Assembly: GCA_040377425.1 (NCBI GenBank)
Contig: JBEIOU010000012.1
Location: 16,364-80,363, forward strand
Source: Micavibrio sp.
Lineage (GTDB): Bacteria > Pseudomonadota > Alphaproteobacteria > Micavibrionales > UBA2020
Direction: 5' to 3'
DNA: 64,000 nt
A program made the translations under genes and the position numbers. Shown here one piece after another: positions 45,946 to 57,304 of this stretch (positions are counted from its first letter, which is position 1; every line of letters starts with the position of its first letter). The notes below the pieces were generated by a model. That model was not told the DNA's origin and did not search any database. It saw nothing but the letters and a program-made list of their open reading frames with translations.

Positions 45946-46012
45946 GATTATGTGTATTCTGCGCCGGTTTGATACAGATGGACGATACGCCTATCCGATC
46001 CAGGCAGCTGAA

Positions 46013-46552
46013 TTACTTCTTCGCAGCTTTAGCGGCTGCTTGGCGGCGCTGCTCTTTTTTGGGCAGCTTGCCTTTCAGCAGTTTGTTTTCTTTTACAGGC
46101 AGAACTTCCAGTTTGCCGCCAGCTTTTTCAACAGCCGCAACAGCCGCAGCAGACGCACGCGTCGCAACGATCGTTACTTTCGTTTTCAGCTCGCCCTTCG
46201 CCAGAACGTTCAGACCATCTTGCTCTTTGCTAAGAATGCCAGCTTCGATCAGTGCAGCCAGATCGACCGTCTTCGAAGCGGAGAGCTTTTTGCTGTCAAG
46301 ACCCTTTTGGATGCAAGACAGGTTAACGATCGCATAGTTCTTTGCGTTGACGTTGTTAAAGCCACGCTTGGGCATGCGGCGCATCAGGGGCATCTGACCG
46401 CCCTCGAAGCCTTTGATCGCAACGCCGGTACGGGCTTTTTGACCCTTGACGCCACGGCCAGAGGTCTTGCCTTTACCCGAACCGATACCACGGCCCAGCA
46501 GGGTCGCACGTTTGCGGGCGCCGGGGTTGTCTCTGAGTTGATTGAGTTTCAT
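46013..46552 (-). CDS. rplO: 50S ribosomal protein L15
   Basis: [30 protein letters not shown]. Confidence 0.97.
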   Translation of the reverse strand: MKLNQLRDNPGARKRATLLGRGIGSGKGKTSGRGVKGQKARTGVAIKGFEGGQMPLMRRMPKRGFNNVNAKNYAIVNLSCIQKGLDSKKLSASKTVDLAALIEAGILSKEQDGLNVLAKGELKTKVTIVATRASAAAVAAVEKAGGKLEVLPVKENKLLKGKLPKKEQRRQAAAKAAKK

Positions 46553-46581
46553 TGTCGTGTTCCTTATCTTTCCAGAGACGC

Positions 46582-46830
46582 TTAGGCGGCTTCTTCAACT
46601 GTAACCAGATGGCGCACGGCACGGATCATACCGCGAACTTCCGGCGTATCCTGCAGCAGCTTGCTACGGTTAATCTTGTTGAGACCAAGGCCTTTCAGCG
46701 TTGCGTGCTGCGACTGGATACGACCAGCGCCGCTTGCAATCTGGGTTACTTTCAGCATTTTACCGCCAGCGGCTTTCGCTGCTTTTTTCGGTGCTGCCTT
46801 TTTTGCAGCGGGCTTTTTAGCTTCAGACAT
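46582..46830 (-). CDS. rpmD: 50S ribosomal protein L30 with N-terminal Ala/Lys extension
   Basis: [27 protein letters not shown]. Confidence 0.95.
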   Translation of the reverse strand: MSEAKKPAAKKAAPKKAAKAAGGKMLKVTQIASGAGRIQSQHATLKGLGLNKINRSKLLQDTPEVRGMIRAVRHLVTVEEAA

Positions 46831-47401
46831 CAGCTTGCTCCTTCACGTCGCCTTTGCGGCCCAGCACTTCGTTGACGCGGCGGCCACGGCGTGCTGCCAC
46901 CATGCGGGGGCTTTCCATTTTCTGGAAGGCTGTCAGTGCAGCCTTAACCATGTTGTAGGGGTTCGAGGAGCCGAGCGATTTCGCAACAACATCCTGAATG
47001 CCCAGTACTTCGAATACAGCGCGCAGCGGACCGCCGGCGATGATACCCGTACCGGGGACTGCACTGCGCAGACGGATGCTGCCGCCGCCGAAGCGTGCTT
47101 CGACGTCATGATGCAGCGTACGGCCTTCGCGCAGCGGAACGCGGATCATGCTGCGTTTCGCCTGTTCAGTTGCCTTGCGGATCGCTTCGGGAACTTCACG
47201 TGCTTTACCGGAACCGGCACCGATACGGCCACGGCCGTCACCGACCACAACCAGAGCAGCGAATGCCATACGGCGGCCGCCCTTAACGGTTTTGGCGACA
47301 CGGTTGATGGCGACGAGACGTTCTACGACTTCACTACCCGCCTCCGCATCTTTCTCGCGCGGCTCTCTTTGACCCTTAGGACCTTTTTCAGCTTTTGCCA
47401 T
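46823..47401 (-). CDS. rpsE: 30S ribosomal protein S5
   Basis: [30 protein letters not shown]. Confidence 0.97.
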   Translation of the reverse strand: MAKAEKGPKGQREPREKDAEAGSEVVERLVAINRVAKTVKGGRRMAFAALVVVGDGRGRIGAGSGKAREVPEAIRKATEQAKRSMIRVPLREGRTLHHDVEARFGGGSIRLRSAVPGTGIIAGGPLRAVFEVLGIQDVVAKSLGSSNPYNMVKAALTAFQKMESPRMVAARRGRRVNEVLGRKGDVKEQADV

Positions 47402-47421
47402 TTTATATATCCTTTACTAAA

Positions 47422-47799
47422 TCAGAACGAGAGGCCGGCTGCACGTGCAGCTTCTGCCAGAGCTTTTACACGGCCGTGGAACGCATAGGAACCACGATCA
47501 AAAGCAACTTCGGCAACGCCCGCTTTCTGCGCACGCTCGGCAACCAGCTTGCCAACAGCTTCCGCTGCCGACTTGTCAGCCGTTTTCTTGAGCGACTTGC
47601 GCAGATCGGTCTCTACCGTCGATGCAGCAGCGATGGTTACGCCCTGTACATCGTCAATGATCTGAGCATAGATGTGCTGACCCGTGCGATGCACCGAGAG
47701 GCGCGGACGCAGGTTTTTTTCGGAGGCCTTTTTGATGACCTTGCGAACGCGCCACGAGCGGCGTTGCTTGGAGGTCGGTTTTTTAATGACGATAGCCAT
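47422..47799 (-). CDS. rplR: 50S ribosomal protein L18
   Basis: [34 protein letters not shown]. Confidence 0.97.
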   Translation of the reverse strand: MAIVIKKPTSKQRRSWRVRKVIKKASEKNLRPRLSVHRTGQHIYAQIIDDVQGVTIAAASTVETDLRKSLKKTADKSAAEAVGKLVAERAQKAGVAEVAFDRGSYAFHGRVKALAEAARAAGLSF

Positions 47800-47810
47800 A
47801 TTACCCTCGA

Positions 47811-48344
47811 TTACTTCTTCTTGCCTTCTTTACGGAGGATGCGGCGTCCTTCGTAGTTGATACCTTTGCCTTTGTACGGCTCCGGACGCTTCATCAGGTA
47901 CAGCTCCGCGGCAACCTGACCGACTTTTTGTTTGTCGATACCGGAAATTTCAATTTCCGTCGGCTTCGGCACTTTCAGTTCGATACCAGCCGGCACTTTG
48001 TAGCGCACTTCATGGCTGAAACCGATCTGGAGAACCAGCTCCTTGCCCTGCAGCGCGGCGCGGAAACCCACACCTTCGATCAGCATGCGCTTGGAGTAGC
48101 CTTCCGTCACACCTTTCAGCATGCCCTTGATGAGCGAGCTGGTCGTGCCCCACATGTTGCGGGCATGACGGCCTTCGTTAGATTTTTTCAGAACAACCGC
48201 GCCGTCTTTGACTTCTGCATTAATATCGTTGCAGATGTCGAGCGTCAGTTCGCCCTTCTTGCCCTTGACGGACAGTTTACGGCCAGCAAGCTTGACTTCA
48301 ACGCCTGCCGGTACCGGGATGGGATGTTTTGCAATACGTGACAT
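47811..48344 (-). CDS. rplF: 50S ribosomal protein L6
   Basis: [24 protein letters not shown]. Confidence 0.97.
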   Translation of the reverse strand: MSRIAKHPIPVPAGVEVKLAGRKLSVKGKKGELTLDICNDINAEVKDGAVVLKKSNEGRHARNMWGTTSSLIKGMLKGVTEGYSKRMLIEGVGFRAALQGKELVLQIGFSHEVRYKVPAGIELKVPKPTEIEISGIDKQKVGQVAAELYLMKRPEPYKGKGINYEGRRILRKEGKKK

Positions 48345-48361
48345 TTTACATCTACCTTATC

Positions 48362-48760
48362 TTAGAATACGCGGCACAGAACTTCGCCACCCACGTTCGC
48401 TTCACGCGCTTCGCGGTCGGAAAGTACACCGCGGGGGGTGGAGAGGATCGAGATACCGAGGCCGTTGTAAACGCGCGGCACGTCTTTAATCTGCGTGTAT
48501 ACGCGGCGACCGGGCTTGGATACGCGCTTGATTTCGCGGATCACAGGTTGGCCTTCCGAGTATTTCAGCTCGATGTTCAATTCCGATTTGCCGCCGTCTT
48601 TTTGAGAGACTGCGTAGTCACGGATGTAACCTTCGCGCTTCAGTACTTCAAGCAGGTTAACGCGCAGCTTGGAAGCCGGGCAATGCACCGACGACAGGCG
48701 AGCAGCCTGGCCGTTACGGATGCGGGTCAGCAGGTCGCCGATGGGATCGCTAATAAACAT
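48362..48760 (-). CDS. rpsH: 30S ribosomal protein S8
   Basis: [29 protein letters not shown]. Confidence 0.97.
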   Translation of the reverse strand: MFISDPIGDLLTRIRNGQAARLSSVHCPASKLRVNLLEVLKREGYIRDYAVSQKDGGKSELNIELKYSEGQPVIREIKRVSKPGRRVYTQIKDVPRVYNGLGISILSTPRGVLSDREAREANVGGEVLCRVF

Positions 48761-48772
48761 GTGTGCTTCTCC

Positions 48773-49078
48773 TTACCAGCTGGATTTCGTCACGCCGGGG
48801 ATCATACCCTGCGATGCCAGTTCGCGCAGCATCAGGCGCGAAATGCCGAATTTACGATAGTTACCACGTGCGCGGCCGGTCAGGGCGCAGCGGTTACGTA
48901 CACGCGTCGGATGAGAGTTGCGCGGCAGTTTCGCCATTTTCAGGCGTGCAGCGAAACGCTCGTCAACCGGGCGGCTTTCGTCGTCCGCGATTGCTTTCAG
49001 ACGTGCCCACTTGCCGGCGTATTTCTTCACCAGCTTTTTGCGGTTGTTGTTTTTGTTCACAGAACTCAGTTTTGCCAT
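48773..49078 (-). CDS. rpsN: 30S ribosomal protein S14 (long, non-zinc type)
   Basis: [23 protein letters not shown]; 101 aa. Confidence 0.97.
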   Translation of the reverse strand: MAKLSSVNKNNNRKKLVKKYAGKWARLKAIADDESRPVDERFAARLKMAKLPRNSHPTRVRNRCALTGRARGNYRKFGISRLMLRELASQGMIPGVTKSSW

Positions 49079-49093
49079 TGTTCTAAATCCTTC

Positions 49094-49639
49094 TTAGCGT
49101 TTGCGGAACGGCACTTTGAAGCCGTCGAGCAGGGCTTTCGCCTCTTCATCGGTTTTCGCGGTCGTGCAGATAATGATGTCCATACCACGGATCGTGTCGA
49201 CTTTGTCGAAGTTGATCTCGGGGAAAATGATCTGCTCTTTCAGGCCGAACGCGTAGTTACCGTTGCCATCAAAGCTGCGATCCGAAATGCCGCGGAAGTC
49301 GCGGATACGGGGCATAGCGATGGTGACCAGGCGGTCCAGGAATTCGTACATGCGTTGACCACGCAGGGTAACCTTGCAACCGATCGGCAGGTCTTCACGC
49401 AGTTTGAACGCTGCGATGGATTTGCGCGAACGGGTCACCAGCGGCTTTTGGCCGGAGATGGCAGTCATGTCAGAGATAGCGCCCTGGATTTTCTTGCTGT
49501 CCTGTGCGTTTTCACCAACACCCATGTTGATCACGATCTTGTCCAGACGCGGGATCTGCATGTCGTTTGCATAGCCGAACTTGTTTTTCAAGTCAGCGCG
49601 GATTTTGTCGAGGTATACTTGTTTCAGACGGGCTGTCAT
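49094..49639 (-). CDS. rplE: 50S ribosomal protein L5
   Basis: [26 protein letters not shown]. Confidence 0.97.
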   Translation of the reverse strand: MTARLKQVYLDKIRADLKNKFGYANDMQIPRLDKIVINMGVGENAQDSKKIQGAISDMTAISGQKPLVTRSRKSIAAFKLREDLPIGCKVTLRGQRMYEFLDRLVTIAMPRIRDFRGISDRSFDGNGNYAFGLKEQIIFPEINFDKVDTIRGMDIIICTTAKTDEEAKALLDGFKVPFRKR

Positions 49640-49650
49640 TTCATGCTCCC

Positions 49651-49965
49651 TTAATCAATCACTTCGCCGGAGCGACGGGCCACGCGCACCTTGCGCTCGC
49701 CTACCGTTTTATAACCGACGCGGGTTGCTTTGCTCGTCTTCGGATCGACAAGCGCAACGTTCGACACATGGATCGGAGATTCGACTTTGTCGAGGCCGCC
49801 AGCGTTGGTCGCGGAAGGTTTGCGATGTTTGGTTTGTACGTTCACGCCCTGAACAATCACTTTGTTGTCAGCGGGCATTACTTTTTTGATCTCGCCGGTC
49901 TTGCCTTTGTCTTTACCGGTCAGGACGACGACTTTGTCGCCTTTTTTGACTTTAAGTTTCGACAT
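49651..49965 (-). CDS. rplX: 50S ribosomal protein L24
   Basis: [22 protein letters not shown]. Confidence 0.97.
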   Translation of the reverse strand: MSKLKVKKGDKVVVLTGKDKGKTGEIKKVMPADNKVIVQGVNVQTKHRKPSATNAGGLDKVESPIHVSNVALVDPKTSKATRVGYKTVGERKVRVARRSGEVID

Positions 49966-49967
49966 GG

Positions 49968-50336
49968 TTACAGAACCTCCGGCGCCAGCGAAATGATTTT
50001 CATGAAGTTTTTGCCGCGCAGCTCACGGGTGACGGGGCCAAAAATACGCGTGCCGATCGGCTCGCCTGCTGCGTTAATCAGAACGGCAGCATTGCGGTCG
50101 AAGCGGATGATGGTGCCATCTTCGCGTTTCAGGGCTTTGGAGGTGCGGACGATGACGGCCTTGTGGACCGTACCTTTTTTAACGCGACCGCGCGGGATCG
50201 CGTCTTTTACGGATACGACGATGATGTCGCCGATGCCGGCGGTACGGCGTTTGGATCCGCCCAGTACCTTAATGCATTGAACCCGGCGGGCGCCGCTGTT
50301 ATCAGCGACGTCGAGGGTGGTTTCCATCTGAATCAT
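49968..50336 (-). CDS. rplN: 50S ribosomal protein L14
   Basis: [23 protein letters not shown]. Confidence 0.97.
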   Translation of the reverse strand: MIQMETTLDVADNSGARRVQCIKVLGGSKRRTAGIGDIIVVSVKDAIPRGRVKKGTVHKAVIVRTSKALKREDGTIIRFDRNAAVLINAAGEPIGTRIFGPVTRELRGKNFMKIISLAPEVL

Positions 50337-50384
50337 TATCTTGACCTTTCCTATTTCAACAGGGGGGTTTCAAGGACCACCCTG

Positions 50385-50699
50385 TTATTCTTCTTTCTTA
50401 GACTTTTTGACGGTCGTACGCTTTTGATCGGCGTCGTCAACAGTTTTCATTTGGCTTTCGCCCATTGCCTTGCCGGCAACGACGCGCCAAGTTTTCGATT
50501 TGGACAGCGGGCGGCACTCCTCGATGGAAACGAGGTCGCCTACTTTCCAAGCGTTGGTTTCGTCGTGGGCAGCGTATTTCGCGCTACGACGGATAATTTT
50601 GCCGTACAGCGGGTCGCGCACTTTGCGCTCGACCAGAACCGTGACGGTTTTATCACATTTGTTGCTGACAACTTTACCTTCAAGCACGCGACGGGGCAT
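50385..50699 (-). CDS. rpsQ: 30S ribosomal protein S17
   Basis: [24 protein letters not shown]. Confidence 0.97.
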   Translation of the reverse strand: MPRRVLEGKVVSNKCDKTVTVLVERKVRDPLYGKIIRRSAKYAAHDETNAWKVGDLVSIEECRPLSKSKTWRVVAGKAMGESQMKTVDDADQKRTTVKKSKKEE

Positions 50700-50704
50700 C
50701 TTGA

Positions 50705-50977
50705 TTACTCCTTAGTTTCTTTTTTCTTGGCGGCTTTTGCCGGTGCTTTAGCTGCTTTTTTAGCGGCCGGTTTTGCAGCCGGGGCTTTGCCCTGCGCTGC
50801 TTCGGCAATCACGGTTTTGACACGCGCGATGTCGCGGCGTACCAGACGTACGCGGCCGGTGTTTTCCAGCTGGCCCGTGGTCTTTTGGAAACGGAAGTTG
50901 AACTGTTCCTTGCGGAGGTTCAAAAGCTCCTGTTTCAGCTCGTCGGCCGACTTTGCTCTCAGATCTGCGATTTTCAT
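50705..50977 (-). CDS. rpmC: 50S ribosomal protein L29 with C-terminal Ala/Lys/Pro extension
   Basis: [19 protein letters not shown]. Confidence 0.96.
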   Translation of the reverse strand: MKIADLRAKSADELKQELLNLRKEQFNFRFQKTTGQLENTGRVRLVRRDIARVKTVIAEAAQGKAPAAKPAAKKAAKAPAKAAKKKETKE

Positions 50978-51000
50978 TTTCTTATACCTTAATATCTCTT

Positions 51001-51408
51001 TTAGTCGCGCGCGACGAATCGGGTCTTGATCGGCAGCTTCGCAGAGGCTAATTCGAACGCTTCTTCTGCCAGTTCACGGGGTACCCCGTCAAGCTCAAAC
51101 ATAATTTTTCCGGGTTTTACGCGGGCTACGTAGAATTCCGGCGAACCTTTACCACCACCAAAGCGTGCGCCCAGCGGTTTCGTAGATACCGGAACGTCCG
51201 GGAAAATACGGATCCACAAGCGGCCTTGACGCTTGATGTGACGGGTGATCGTACGGCGGGCCGCTTCGATTTGACGGGCCGTAATACGCTCGGGCGACGT
51301 CGCTTTCAGGCCGAAGCTGCCGTAAGCCAGATAATGGCCGGAGGTAGCAACGCCGTGAATGCGCCCTTTGAACGCCTTGCGGAATTTCATCTTCTTCGGT
51401 GACAACAT
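51001..51408 (-). CDS. rplP: 50S ribosomal protein L16
   Basis: [32 protein letters not shown]. Confidence 0.97.
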   Translation of the reverse strand: MLSPKKMKFRKAFKGRIHGVATSGHYLAYGSFGLKATSPERITARQIEAARRTITRHIKRQGRLWIRIFPDVPVSTKPLGARFGGGKGSPEFYVARVKPGKIMFELDGVPRELAEEAFELASAKLPIKTRFVARD

Positions 51409-51444
51409 AGTCGTATTCCTTACTTATACAATCTTTTCAAGCAA

Positions 51445-52125
51445 TTACGAGCGGTTAGGCTGCTGATCTTGCATACGCTTGTCGCGTGCCATCGGGTCGT
51501 GGCCCAGGATTTCACCTTTGAAAATCCAGACTTTTACGCCGATGATGCCGTAGGTGGTCAGCGCGCGGGAGGTTGCGTAATCCACATCAGCACGCAGGGT
51601 GTGCAGCGGCACGCGGCCTTCGCGGTACCATTCGGTACGTGCGATTTCGGCACCAGCCAAACGGCCGGCGCAGGTGACGCGGATACCACCGGCGCCCAGA
51701 CGCAGTGCGGATTGTACCGCACGCTTCATAGCGCGGCGGAACGATACGCGGCGTTCCAGCTGCTGGGCGATACCGTCGGCAACCAGCTGGGCATCCAGCT
51801 CGGGTTTACGGATTTCTACGATGTTCAGGGTGACTTCGCCGCCCGTGAACTTCGACAGATCCTTGCGCAGTTTTTCGATATCGGAGCCTTTTTTGCCGAT
51901 GATCACGCCCGGACGTGCCGTGTGAATCGTCACGTTGGTCTTGCTGGCCGCACGTTCGATAATGACGCGTGCAACACCCGCCTGCTTCAGTTTGTCCATG
52001 ACAAACTCGCGCAGTTTGATGTCTTGCAGCAGTTTCGCAGCGTAGTCCTTGCCTGCATACCAGCGGCTGTCCCACGTACGGTTGATACCAAGTCTCAGAC
52101 CAATCGGGTTAACCTTCTGACCCAT
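51445..52125 (-). CDS. rpsC: 30S ribosomal protein S3
   Basis: [37 protein letters not shown]. Confidence 0.97.
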   Translation of the reverse strand: MGQKVNPIGLRLGINRTWDSRWYAGKDYAAKLLQDIKLREFVMDKLKQAGVARVIIERAASKTNVTIHTARPGVIIGKKGSDIEKLRKDLSKFTGGEVTLNIVEIRKPELDAQLVADGIAQQLERRVSFRRAMKRAVQSALRLGAGGIRVTCAGRLAGAEIARTEWYREGRVPLHTLRADVDYATSRALTTYGIIGVKVWIFKGEILGHDPMARDKRMQDQQPNRS

Positions 52126-52142
52126 GTTTTTCTGCGCCTTTC

Positions 52143-52667
52143 TTATTCTGCGGTAGTGGTTTCGCCAGCGGCAGCTTTTGCTTTCGCGGCGGGTTTCTTG
52201 GCGGCTTTCGCACCACCGGATTTTTTCGCGGGCGTTTCACCAGCTTCGGCTTTGTCTGCTTTTTTAGCAGCTTTTACCTTTTTCTTGGTTTCGCCTTCTT
52301 CGCGTTCTTCAACAATGATCGTGATGTTGCTGAACGGCTTTTGGACAGCGGCGCTGCGGCCACGGCCGCGGGCGTGGAAACGGCCCATGGTCATCGTACG
52401 GCCAACGGTCGCCTCTTTCACAAACAGGCGGTCAACATCCAGATTATGGTTGTTTTCTGCGTTTGCGATAGCTGCTTCCAGCACTTTCTTGACGTCCACA
52501 GCCATGCGGCGGCGGGCAAATTCAAGATCCACGAGAGCGCGCTGCGCACTTTTACCGCGAATGAGCTGGGCAATCAAGTTCAACTTACGTTCGCTGCCCT
52601 TGATATAACGCGCCTTGGCAATGGCTTCATTGTCCTTGCGGTGCGATTTTTTACCTACTTTAGACAT
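52143..52667 (-). CDS. rplV: 50S ribosomal protein L22 with long C-terminal extension
   Basis: [29 protein letters not shown]. Confidence 0.96.
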   Translation of the reverse strand: MSKVGKKSHRKDNEAIAKARYIKGSERKLNLIAQLIRGKSAQRALVDLEFARRRMAVDVKKVLEAAIANAENNHNLDVDRLFVKEATVGRTMTMGRFHARGRGRSAAVQKPFSNITIIVEEREEGETKKKVKAAKKADKAEAGETPAKKSGGAKAAKKPAAKAKAAAGETTTAE

Positions 52668-52674
52668 CTCTCAA

Positions 52675-52962
52675 TTATCCTTTTTTCGCGGTCTTGTCAG
52701 CACCGGCTGCCGTGTGAGCGGAGAACTGGCGGGTCGGAGCGAATTCGCCCAGTTTGTGACCAACCATGTTGTCCGTTACTAGGACCGGGATGAATTTCTG
52801 GCCGTTGTAAACACCGAACGTCAGCCCGATGAATTGCGGCAGAATGGTGGAACGGCGGGACCAGGTTTTGATAACCTCGTTGCGGGTCGAAGCACGTGCT
52901 TTTTCTGCTTTTTTCAGCAGATAGCCATCGATAAAAGGACCCTTGCGTACGGAACGTGACAC
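52675..52962 (-). CDS. rpsS: 30S ribosomal protein S19
   Basis: [22 protein letters not shown]. Confidence 0.97.
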   Translation of the reverse strand: MSRSVRKGPFIDGYLLKKAEKARASTRNEVIKTWSRRSTILPQFIGLTFGVYNGQKFIPVLVTDNMVGHKLGEFAPTRQFSAHTAAGADKTAKKG

Positions 52963-52980
52963 TTAATTTCTCCCTCTGTC

Positions 52981-53826
52981 TTACTTCGCCAGACGTTTGT
53001 TTTTACGACGGCGCAGAATGTATTTATCTGTTGCCTTGTTCTTGCGGGTTTTCGCGCCCTTGGTCGGTTTACCCCAGGGCGTAACAGGGTTACGACCACC
53101 AGAGGATTTACCTTCACCACCACCATGCGGGTGGTCGACCGGGTTCATGACCACACCACGGTTGACAGGCTTCCAGCCCATCCAGCGTTTGCGGCCCGCT
53201 TTACCCAGAACGATGTTCGAATGATCGGCGTTAGAAACGGAACCAACCGTTGCCATGCAATCACCGCGGACAACGCGCAGCTCGCCGGAACCCAGTTTGA
53301 TCTGGGTCATGCCGCTGTCGCGGCCGACGATCTGAACGAAAGCACCGGCGGAACGTGCCAGCTGACCACCTTTGCCGGGGTGCAGTTCAACGTTGTGAAC
53401 CAGCGTACCGACCGGGATGTTTTTGATTGGCATTGCGTTGCCGGGCAGAATGTCCGCGCGCTCGCCGGAGACAACTTTGTCCCCTGCTGCCAGACGCTGC
53501 GGCGCCAAGATGTACGCCAACTCGCCATCCGTGTATTTCACGAGTGCGATCCAGGCCGTGCGGTTCGGGTCGTATTCCAGACGCTCGACAACAGCCTCGA
53601 TGTCAAACTTGCGGCGTTTGAAATCGATCAGACGATAACGCTGTTTGTGACCGCCGCCACGGTGCCACATGGTCTTGCGACCTTTATGGTTACGGCCGGC
53701 TTTGTTGTTGTTGTGGTCTTTGTCGAGAAGGGTTTTCTCGGGCTTGCCTTTCCACAGCTCGCTACGGTCTACGCGCACCATTTGGCGCATGCCGGGCGAT
53801 GTCGGACGGTACTTTTTGAGTGCCAT
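52981..53826 (-). CDS. rplB: 50S ribosomal protein L2
   Basis: [20 protein letters not shown]; start ATG 53826 with GAGG RBS. Confidence 0.97.
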   Translation of the reverse strand: MALKKYRPTSPGMRQMVRVDRSELWKGKPEKTLLDKDHNNNKAGRNHKGRKTMWHRGGGHKQRYRLIDFKRRKFDIEAVVERLEYDPNRTAWIALVKYTDGELAYILAPQRLAAGDKVVSGERADILPGNAMPIKNIPVGTLVHNVELHPGKGGQLARSAGAFVQIVGRDSGMTQIKLGSGELRVVRGDCMATVGSVSNADHSNIVLGKAGRKRWMGWKPVNRGVVMNPVDHPHGGGEGKSSGGRNPVTPWGKPTKGAKTRKNKATDKYILRRRKNKRLAK

Positions 53827-53893
53827 TTTAATCTTCCTCAATTTCGGGGGACAACATCACTTCGCTGTCCCGGTCCTTTATTATTTTTATCTA

Positions 53894-54217
53894 TTAAGCG
53901 CCGGTTGCGACGTCGATCTGCTGACCTTCTGCGAGGGTCACGATCGCTTTTTTGCTGTCGCTGCGGAATGCTTTGCGGCCTTTGAACACCTTCGTTTTAC
54001 CGAGCTGGGTGAGCGTGTTGACTTTCGTCACTTTCACCTTGAAAACGGCTTCGACGGCATCCTTGATGATCGCTTTGTCTGCGCACAGGGGTACGCGGAA
54101 AGTGATCTGGTTGTATTGCGAGTTCATGGTTGCTTTTTCCGTGATGACCGGCGTGCGGATCATCTCGTAAAGCTGTTCCGTGAGCTTCGGATCTTGTTTT
54201 TTTGCAGCTTTGGTCAT
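53894..54217 (-). CDS. rplW: 50S ribosomal protein L23
   Basis: [26 protein letters not shown]. Confidence 0.96.
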   Translation of the reverse strand: MTKAAKKQDPKLTEQLYEMIRTPVITEKATMNSQYNQITFRVPLCADKAIIKDAVEAVFKVKVTKVNTLTQLGKTKVFKGRKAFRSDSKKAIVTLAEGQQIDVATGA

Positions 54218-54834
54218 TTCAGGCGCGCCTCCAGTTGAGCAACCGCTTCTTTCGTCAGGACGAGAGTGTCACGGCGCAGGATGTCGTAAACGTTGATACC
54301 TTTTTGCGGCAGAACATCGATCAGAGGGATGTTGCGCACCGCGCGGAAGAAGTTCTGGTCCAGCGTTTCATCAATGATCAGCGCAGATTTGATGCCCAGA
54401 TCGGACAATGTCTTCGCCATATCTTTCGTTTTGTGGCTGGAAGATTTTGCTGCATCGAGGATGATCAGCTTGCCTTCTTTTTGTTTCGCCGACAAAGCCA
54501 CTTTCAGCGCCAGTTTGCGAACCGCTTTGGGCATATCATGGCTGTGATCGCGAACGATCGGGCCAAAAATAACCGCGCCAGTGCGGTGATGCGCGTTACG
54601 CAGGGAACCTGCGCGGGCGTGACCCGTACCTTTTTGTTTGAGCGGCTTTTTACCGGTACCGCTGATTTCGCTGATACCCTTGGTTTTGTGGTTACCGGAG
54701 CGGCGTTTTGCCAGCTGCCAGTTGACCATACGATGCAGAACGTCTGCACGGGGTTCCAGGCCGAAAATGGCATCGCTCAGGTCGATGTCACCAGCTTGTT
54801 TGTTTTCGAGTGTTTTAACGGCGATTTTCATCAA
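54214..54834 (-). CDS. rplD: 50S ribosomal protein L4
   Basis: KQKGTG.AR.GS, VRNIP, INVYDIL. Confidence 0.96.
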   Translation of the reverse strand: MMKIAVKTLENKQAGDIDLSDAIFGLEPRADVLHRMVNWQLAKRRSGNHKTKGISEISGTGKKPLKQKGTGHARAGSLRNAHHRTGAVIFGPIVRDHSHDMPKAVRKLALKVALSAKQKEGKLIILDAAKSSSHKTKDMAKTLSDLGIKSALIIDETLDQNFFRAVRNIPLIDVLPQKGINVYDILRRDTLVLTKEAVAQLEARLK

Positions 54835-54848
54835 TCCATTCCTTCTTC

Positions 54849-55577
54849 TTATGCCTGAGCTTCAGCGGCAGCTTCAGGCTGCGCTTCAGCGGCAGGTGCG
54901 CCCTTGCCTTTCAGACCGGCCGGTTGCGGCACGTCCTTGGGGAGAGGCTTTTTAACGGCGTCTTTAATCGTCAGCCAGCTGTTTTTGTGGCCGGGTACGG
55001 CACCTTCAACAACGATCAGGCCCTGCTCGGGGTGTACTTCTACAACGCGCAGGTTCTGAACGGTGCGCTGCACGTTACCCATGTGACCTGCCATTTTCTT
55101 GTTCTTGAAAACGCGGCCGGGAGACTGGCGCTGACCGGTCGAACCGGGAGAACGGTGGGAAACGGACACGCCGTGCGTTGCACGCAGACCGCCGAAGTTC
55201 CAACGCTTCATAACACCCTGGTAACCTTTACCGAGCGTGATGCCGGTGACGTCAACGAACTGACCGGGAATGAAGTGCGAAACGCACAGCTCCGCACCAA
55301 CTTCCAGCAGCGAGTCTTCGCTGACGCGGAATTCGGCAACTTTGGTCTTGGGCTCTACTTTTGCTTTCGCAAAGTGGCCACGCTCGCCTTGGGAAACATT
55401 TTTCGCCTTGCGCTCGCCCGCACCCAGCTGAACAGCGGTGTAGCCGTTCTTTTCCTGGGTTTGTACGGCGACAACCTGGCAACCATCCATTTTCAGCACG
55501 GTCACGGGAACGTGTTTGCCATCCGCATCAAAGACGCGGGACATGCCAAGCTTTTGTGCAATCAAACCGGTACGCAT
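54849..55577 (-). CDS. rplC: 50S ribosomal protein L3
   Basis: [31 protein letters not shown]. Confidence 0.97.
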   Translation of the reverse strand: MRTGLIAQKLGMSRVFDADGKHVPVTVLKMDGCQVVAVQTQEKNGYTAVQLGAGERKAKNVSQGERGHFAKAKVEPKTKVAEFRVSEDSLLEVGAELCVSHFIPGQFVDVTGITLGKGYQGVMKRWNFGGLRATHGVSVSHRSPGSTGQRQSPGRVFKNKKMAGHMGNVQRTVQNLRVVEVHPEQGLIVVEGAVPGHKNSWLTIKDAVKKPLPKDVPQPAGLKGKGAPAAEAQPEAAAEAQA

Positions 55578-55650
55578 TTTCTTGTCCTTACTTTCTTATT
55601 TTTCAAGCCTGACGCCACCAGATCATTTCCCGGAAGCGCCGTTGTTATCC

Positions 55651-55959
55651 TTAGAGCTTGATTTCGACGTCAACACCGGCAGCCAGATCGAGCTTCATCA
55701 GCGCGTCGATGGTCTGCGGGGTGGGATTGACGATGTCCAGCAGACGCTTGTGCGTCCGCATTTCAAACTGTTCGCGGGATTTCTTATCCACGTGCGGCGA
55801 GCGCAGAACCGTGAATTTTTCAATTCGTGTCGGCAGCGGAATCGGGCCGCGCACTTCTGCGCCTGTTCTTTTCGCCGTGTTTACGATTTCCTTCGTCGAC
55901 TGATCGAGGACGCGGTGGTCGTATGCACGAAGTCTAACCCGGATGTTTTGCGCTTCCAT
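55651..55959 (-). CDS. rpsJ: 30S ribosomal protein S10
   Basis: [21 protein letters not shown]. Confidence 0.97.
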   Translation of the reverse strand: MEAQNIRVRLRAYDHRVLDQSTKEIVNTAKRTGAEVRGPIPLPTRIEKFTVLRSPHVDKKSREQFEMRTHKRLLDIVNPTPQTIDALMKLDLAAGVDVEIKL

Positions 55960-55995
55960 AGTATCCTACCTTCTTATCTTCTTCTTTGTTTCCGT

Positions 55996-56032
55996 GCCTG
56001 CCCCGCCGCGCATTACGCGGCGGGGCGGCAGG
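55996..56032 (-). other. Strong GC-rich hairpin between tuf and rpsJ
   Basis: GCCCCGCCGCG-catta-CGCGGCGGGGC; no clear U-tail, so mRNA stabiliser or pause site. Confidence 0.6.
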
Positions 56033-56042
56033 AAATTAGTCG

Positions 56043-57233
56043 TTACTCAACGATTTTCGCAACGACGCCAGCACCAACGGTACGGCCACCTTCGCGGATT
56101 GCGAAACGCAGACCTTCGTCCATCGCGATCGGAGCGATCAGTTCGACGTCCATCGTGACGTTGTCGCCAGGCATAACCATCTCAACGCCAGCCGGCAGTT
56201 GAACGATACCCGTGACGTCCGTCGTACGGAAGTAGAACTGGGGACGATAGTTGGTGAAGAACGGCGTGTGACGGCCACCTTCGTCTTTGGTGAGTACGTA
56301 AGCTTCTGCTTTGAACTTCGTGTGCGGCTTGATGGAGCCGGGAGCTGCCAGAACCTGGCCACGCTCAACGTCTTCACGCTTCGTACCGCGCAGCAGCGCA
56401 CCGATGTTGTCGCCAGCTTCACCCTGATCGAGCAGCTTGCGGAACATTTCAACGCCGGTGATGGTCGTTTTGGTCGTAGCGCGCAGGCCAACGATTTCAA
56501 CTTCCTCGCCAACTTTCACGATACCCTGCTCTACACGGCCCGTGCAAACGGTACCACGGCCAGAGATCGAGAATACGTCCTCAACAGGCATCAGGAACGG
56601 CTTGTCTTTCGGACGTGCCGGGGTCGGGATGTAGCTGTCAACAGCGTCCATCAGTTTCAGGATGGCGTTTTTGCCGAGTTCTTCGTTGGTGCCTTCCAGA
56701 GCGCAGAGAGCAGAACCTTTTACGAAGGGGATATCATCGCCAGGGAAGTTGTATTTGCTGAGCAGTTCGCGGACTTCCATTTCAACGAGGTCCAGCAGTT
56801 CAGCGTCATCAACCATGTCGCATTTGTTCAGGAATACAACAAGCGAAGGAACGCCAACCTGACGTGCCAGCAGGATGTGTTCGCGCGTCTGGGGCATCGG
56901 GCCGTCAGCTGCGGAAACAACCAGAATACCACCGTCCATCTGCGCGGCGCCGGTGATCATGTTTTTCACATAGTCAGCGTGGCCGGGGCAGTCAACGTGT
57001 GCGTAGTGACGGTTGTCGGTTTCGTACTCAACGTGTGCCGTCGAGATCGTGATACCGCGTTCGCGCTCTTCGGGCGCGCCGTCGATTTGGTCATAGGCTT
57101 TGAATTCGGCTTTGCCGCTTTCAGAGAGGATTTTGGTGATTGCCGCGGTGAGCGAGGTTTTGCCATGGTCAACGTGACCGATGGTGCCGATGTTCACGTG
57201 CGGTTTGTTACGTTCAAACTTACCTTTAGCCAT
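56043..57233 (-). CDS. tuf: Elongation factor Tu
   Basis: [25 protein letters not shown]. Confidence 0.98.
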   Translation of the reverse strand: MAKGKFERNKPHVNIGTIGHVDHGKTSLTAAITKILSESGKAEFKAYDQIDGAPEERERGITISTAHVEYETDNRHYAHVDCPGHADYVKNMITGAAQMDGGILVVSAADGPMPQTREHILLARQVGVPSLVVFLNKCDMVDDAELLDLVEMEVRELLSKYNFPGDDIPFVKGSALCALEGTNEELGKNAILKLMDAVDSYIPTPARPKDKPFLMPVEDVFSISGRGTVCTGRVEQGIVKVGEEVEIVGLRATTKTTITGVEMFRKLLDQGEAGDNIGALLRGTKREDVERGQVLAAPGSIKPHTKFKAEAYVLTKDEGGRHTPFFTNYRPQFYFRTTDVTGIVQLPAGVEMVMPGDNVTMDVELIAPIAMDEGLRFAIREGGRTVGAGVVAKIVE

Positions 57234-57304
57234 CTTGTCATTCCTTCCTTAGGTTTTAAGCGAGCTATTTTTTTAGAGTTGTTTCAGTTTATTCAGTCTG
57301 TGGC

